A stretch of 56,441 nt of DNA, the filler included, from Sluysia triapertura (Eukaryota), in NCBI GenBank assembly GCA_046118255.1. It is 4 parts of 4 records of this genome, joined end to end, with 100 filler letters (N's around TTAATTAATTAA, not from the genome) between each part and the next. Parts side by side here need not be neighbours in the genome. Positions count along the whole stretch, not along the records: positions 43,500 to 56,441 come from JBJNIA010070617.1; 3 more parts are not named here. The stretch is one strand, 5' to 3'. The position numbers and the translations under genes are program-made. Positions 53,240-56,441 of this stretch are shown piece after piece (position 1 is the stretch's first letter; every line of letters begins with the position of its first letter). A model generated the notes under the pieces. The model saw only the letters and a program-made list of their open reading frames with translations. It did no database searches and was not told the origin of the DNA.

Positions 53240-56010
53240 CTTCCAACCCTATTCTCTCCAGAGGTAGTCCCAGACCTAATGGTCTTTGGCTCTACGAAGA
53301 CTAGATAGAGCTGTATTTTGAGTCTGTTTGTACTCCTAGTAGCTGCCTTGACTCTTCCAAGTCACATCCCTTTCTTATCAATCCGCGACACTTTAAAACA
53401 TCTATTCTTAGTTACACCCCTGGTTTCAACTTCATTTGTGCAATATTATTGCCTGTAATAATTCTGCCACCATCTCCAAGAGTAGAAACCCTTTCGAATT
53501 TGTAGGCTCCTAAAGCTACCTGATGTTTCATTTCTTGAGCATGCGCCACAACCCTTCCTATTCCAGCCAAACTCTTATGACTGGTGTTATGGTTTGTGGG
53601 TACTTGGATGTTCTTTCTTCATTTGATCCTGCTGCTATTCGTAGGTTCTTATGTTCCACGAAAGTAAAAATCTCACCACGCGGGCTAAAAGCACTGTTAA
53701 GGGTTTTCTTTCACCTAACCCTAAAAAAGTTGACAGTACCTCAAACCCTAATTTTCTACCAAGATTTTCATTCTTCCACCACTAATAAAATTATGAAGGT
53801 TCTACCCTCCAATTATCCTAAATTTATTACAAAAGCTTCCCCTAACCCTAAATTTATAAATGAAGCTAAATCTTACTTATATTACTGGCGCTCCAAGGAG
53901 AAACGTGTATCACTCCCTGGTTATGAACGTACCATTTTACTTGAAAAACCTAAACTTTCCCTTGTCTGGCATTCCATATCTAATGCTTCTCCACTCCCTA
54001 ACCCTAATGCTTTAAATATCAAAAAGGTACGTAATCGGCGCCCTGCTAACACTAAATCGAGCCACTAATCTAAACTATGAACAATTAAAACGTCAAATAA
54101 TCTTAACCTTATAATCACTGTCCCCAATGATGTCTCTTCTGCCCGTCTCGCTTTCACTGACACAGCAAACTCTACCATGACATTTGGCTTCTCAACATTA
54201 AACTTTACCCTCCAAGAAGATAATGTCTTCTTCTGCCAACATCTTCAACCTGATGAGGAGACCAGGCTTGCTGAGACTCCGGCCGTAGTTCCTCCTACAC
54301 CAACTACACCTATTCATCGAGACAGCTTTCCTCTTATTGATAATTCTGCCCTCGTCTTTGCTGAGATTCCTATAAGGTGTCTTCGCTCTCTCCTAATGTT
54401 GATAACTCCGTCGCAGCTGATAATTCTGATGTTAAAGAGGTTATCCATACTAATTGCGATGAAACTGATATTGACACCGCATCTCTGAACAATCATATTT
54501 CTTCATCCTGCACTGTTAACTATGGCCAATCCCCATCATCACCATTCTCTGTTTATCTTGATGTTGATATTGGTTGTTCCACCCTTTATCCGATGTCTTT
54601 ATCAAAGTCAGCTATTGCTAATTATCAAGTGAAGTGTACCTATGAAATCAGACAGATGTATATGAAATTCGTCCGCACTATTCCCCAAAACATACTATCA
54701 CGACTCCGCTTAATGACCTACTTACCCTTCGTTCTTGTGGCTCTACTTTCCTATGGGAAGACTACATTCTCCCACATTGCTCACTCGAAAGCTCTCGATC
54801 TAACTGTCCGTGGAGCAGGCTGCACGCACAACGTTCTCCCCACTATCCCAGAAAACCCTGATCAAATCCTTTATACCGTCATTGACCCTACATCTGTCCG
54901 ATGTAACTCATGTGGTATCAAACAAAAATTCAACCCTATCAATGCCAGCAGTCTTCGCAAACACCAACGCAATAAGCACAAAATCTCTGGTGCTAAAATA
55001 CTTCTTAAATGTTCCTGCTCCCTCATCTTTGAGGGTCATTCAAACCTTACCCAACATCTTTTTAACCACACCTCTCCTAATAATCTACCCACTAAAACGA
55101 CCACCCGAGACTTGGATTCAACACATGAATCCGATTGACTAACCCTTGGCGCAATCATGAATTCTTTTAACGCGTACATCGTTGATGCTGATTCTGTTGT
55201 GGTGCACTTTATTACTGCCAATTTTGCTATGTTCAATGATGAACAAGCCTTTCTGAACAACTTTCCTTTCTCGAAATGTTCAGCTTGGCACCATCTATAC
55301 TGGATCCTTGTCATCTTTAATAAACAACAGAATTATTGACCCTCTTGTGTCTTATCCACATCACCTTTTCCTCTTGGGTGACTATTTATCTAACGTCATG
55401 TTTACGTCAACTTCTCTTCCTGTCTACCCGTCTAAACCTGCGTTTCCACATTAAATTTATTCCTTACCCAATAAGGGAAGGCCCTACCGACTGTGGCCTC
55501 TTTATCTGTGATATTGCGTTACATTATAAACGCAACCATGACATCTCTGTGTTTTGTAAGCCTGATGTGTGCGATACTAGAGAGATCCCCTATAAAGTTG
55601 TTGCTCTTTCTTGGATGAGTCGATTAAGGTTAACAAACCGAAACACGCACATCCTTTGTCTCAAATTCAGTAAGGAAACTCCCTGGATGAAGCCTTCACT
55701 GAATTTTGTAACCTGATTTATCGCCTGCATCCTCCAAAATTTCCTAATATTATGTCTCAAATTAAATTCTACAGTAACGACTTTAAGAAGGATATTAATC
55801 TTAACAAGATCTGTGAAAAGAATCAGACCAAAGCCTTCCATCTGGTAACTGGTACTGACCCTCCTATCACTCCTGTTGATGGTATCTGTCTTTACTATAG
55901 TTCCGGCGTTGTTCCATCATTCGATCCATCTAAGATTGATGTGACACCTTACTTTATGGATTTCTCAACCTGATCTCCCTTTTCTGAAGCTGAAATCTTA
56001 ATAACCATGA
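53240..56010 (+). mobile_element. 5' part of a second non-LTR retrotransposon, NeSL-type (C2H2 fingers + Ulp1/C48 protease), cut off at the start of RT
   Basis: C2H2 fingers CNSC..LRKHQRNKH and CSC..LTQHLFNH. Protease-like blocks HHLYWILVIFN and PIREGPTDCGLFIC (HW.L ... Q..DCG.F). Ends at PFSEAEI, the pre-RT motif equivalent to PFSLEKI in element 1. Same C/T-rich strand bias as element 1. Confidence 0.7.
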
Positions 56011-56254
56011 AGTATTGGTGTGGAAGGCAATAAATCTTTTAGTTTACGAGAAATAGCATCATTTTTATTTAGTTTTAATTGTTTATCTAAATTATTTGTT
56101 ACATTAATTAAACAAAACATTTAAACATTAATTTAATTAACTTTAACAAAATAGGCGTAAGGCCTGTAAAATTTAAAAAAATTAACTCTAAAACAAAATT
56201 TGACATTTTATTGTTTATCAACAAATAACAATAAAACAAAAAAATGGTTATAAC

Positions 56255-56420
56255 CATGAGATCTCGTTCATCTGTTGCATTTGCACTTATAGCCTGTGAT
56301 AAGCCAATAATTTCCTGTACAATTTTAGCACAACAAATGCAAGGTTGACTAATTTTTGTACATATACAAAATCTAGCATTTTTATCAAAATTGGTTGTTT
56401 CATTCAATTCCAAATCATTA
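56255..56420 (-). CDS. Possible internal exon of an unidentified gene
   Basis: CTAG acceptor and ATG|GTTATA donor around an open frame (NDLELNETTNFDKNARFCICTKISQPCICCAKIVQEIIGLSQAISANATDERDLM). Confidence 0.3.
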
Positions 56421-56441
56421 CTAGAATGTATTTTAATTTTT

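Noticed and set aside
10984-55841. Short ORFs overlapping the GPCR, FAM221B and the retroelements (e.g. 10984-11196, 11503-11700, 31151-31447, 49026-49400, 52621-52950, 55590-55841)
   Set aside because: Antisense or alternate-frame shadows of the real coding strand.

Overview
Strongly AT-rich eukaryotic DNA, metazoan judging by the aminergic GPCR and GT-AG introns, with very divergent proteins. The window is four contigs joined by artificial 44N-TTAATTAATTAA-44N linkers (15356-15455, 28097-28196, 43400-43499). Apparently intact genes: ZNF593/Bud20 (29936-30286, +), the last three exons of FAM221B (30684-34518, -), and the TM4-TM7 exon of an alpha2-type octopamine/adrenergic GPCR (10988-11878, +) whose upstream exons I could not find. 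Around them lie many damaged or internally deleted host-gene copies: COG5, UDP-glucose pyrophosphorylase, MICAL-like CH+LIM, ARM-TIR-like and a Wee1-like kinase fragment. Exons of an Ig-like secreted protein can be spliced in frame onto the COG5 exons. Transposon debris includes mariner, DUF4817-type Tc1/mariner, pogo/Tigger, piggyBac, a hAT-like MITE and solo-LTR-like pieces. Two decayed RLE-type non-LTR retrotransposons occupy about 49-56 kb; the second carries C2H2 fingers and a Ulp1-like protease (NeSL-type). The most unusual signals are the putative Ig-COG5 chimera, a dispersed repeat with covarying hairpins, recurrent ATTGG-N3-4-CCAAT palindromes upstream of genes, an inverted pair of tRNA-like repeats, and a perfect 48-bp inverted repeat. 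All family calls come from manual translation and recalled motifs, not database searches.
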